From the IMG/VR virus record IMGVR_UViG_3300037424_000596, positions 1-57,936 of that record: a stretch of DNA of 57,936 bases. One strand, given 5' to 3'. Of this stretch, positions 57,832 to 57,936 are shown one piece after another. Every line of letters begins with the position of its first letter. The stretch's first letter is position 1. The DNA is from a virus. Lineage: Duplodnaviria > Caudoviricetes. The position numbers and the translations under genes were made by a program. The notes below the pieces were generated by a model, which saw only the letters and a list, made by a program, of their open reading frames with translations, was not told where the DNA came from and made no database searches.

Positions 57832-57936
57832 GTGCCCACAACAGGAAAAGCACACCCCATGCCCCTCTGGATACAGCCAGTGGCACAGCTGGGCGAGCAA
57901 GATGAAAAAGACACACAACCAAAAACGGTGCCCTGG
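57821..57936 (+). CDS. Hypothetical protein, truncated by the window end
   Basis: MQTECPQQEKHTPCPSGYSQWHSWASKMKKTHNQKRCP..., no stop codon. Confidence 0.55.
   Translation, partial: MQTECPQQEKHTPCPSGYSQWHSWASKMKKTHNQKRCP

Larger units (their letters stand above)
1..57936. mobile_element. Tailed dsDNA bacteriophage genome (podovirus-like, N4-gp56-type capsid), apparently near-complete
   Basis: TerS/TerL, portal, scaffold, major capsid, tail/ejection genes, endolysin, RecT/YqaJ, NinG; dense ATGA-coupled ORFs; no tape measure, sheath or host housekeeping genes recognised. Confidence 0.95.

Noticed and set aside
57821-57936. Circular closure or terminal repeat joining the window end to its start
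   Set aside because: No shared terminal sequence seen, and joining the ends does not give a convincing continuation of the last ORF.
1-57936. CRISPR array, diversity-generating retroelement, integrase/att site, IS element, stop-codon recoding
   Set aside because: No spaced repeats, reverse transcriptase, recombinase or transposase motifs were recognised; genes tile densely under the standard code.

Overview
The window is most of a ~58-kb tailed dsDNA phage genome with a podovirus-like layout. The host is probably a gammaproteobacterium, judged from a CsrA homologue and DnaT-like domains. Gene order: SF2 helicase, N4/N6 methyltransferase, DnaT-like replication protein, C5 methyltransferase, NinG and lysis genes (1-8.4 kb); tRNA-Met; terS, an accessory island, terL; portal, scaffold, N4-gp56-type major capsid; adaptor, nozzle, fibre and ejection genes; a 4090-aa polyvalent (DarB-like) protein; a leftward operon (RecT, YqaJ, DEDDh exonuclease, CsrA, HNH); and a rightward operon of small genes starting at a Cro-like HTH. 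I see no integrase, CI repressor, CRISPR array or reverse transcriptase. The most striking feature is a 322-aa intein in the TerL nuclease domain whose HNH homing endonuclease lies in a different reading frame with its own RBS, while the intein frame stays open across it. A second overprinted gene sits inside the C5 methyltransferase. All product calls come from motif recognition by eye; no database search was run.
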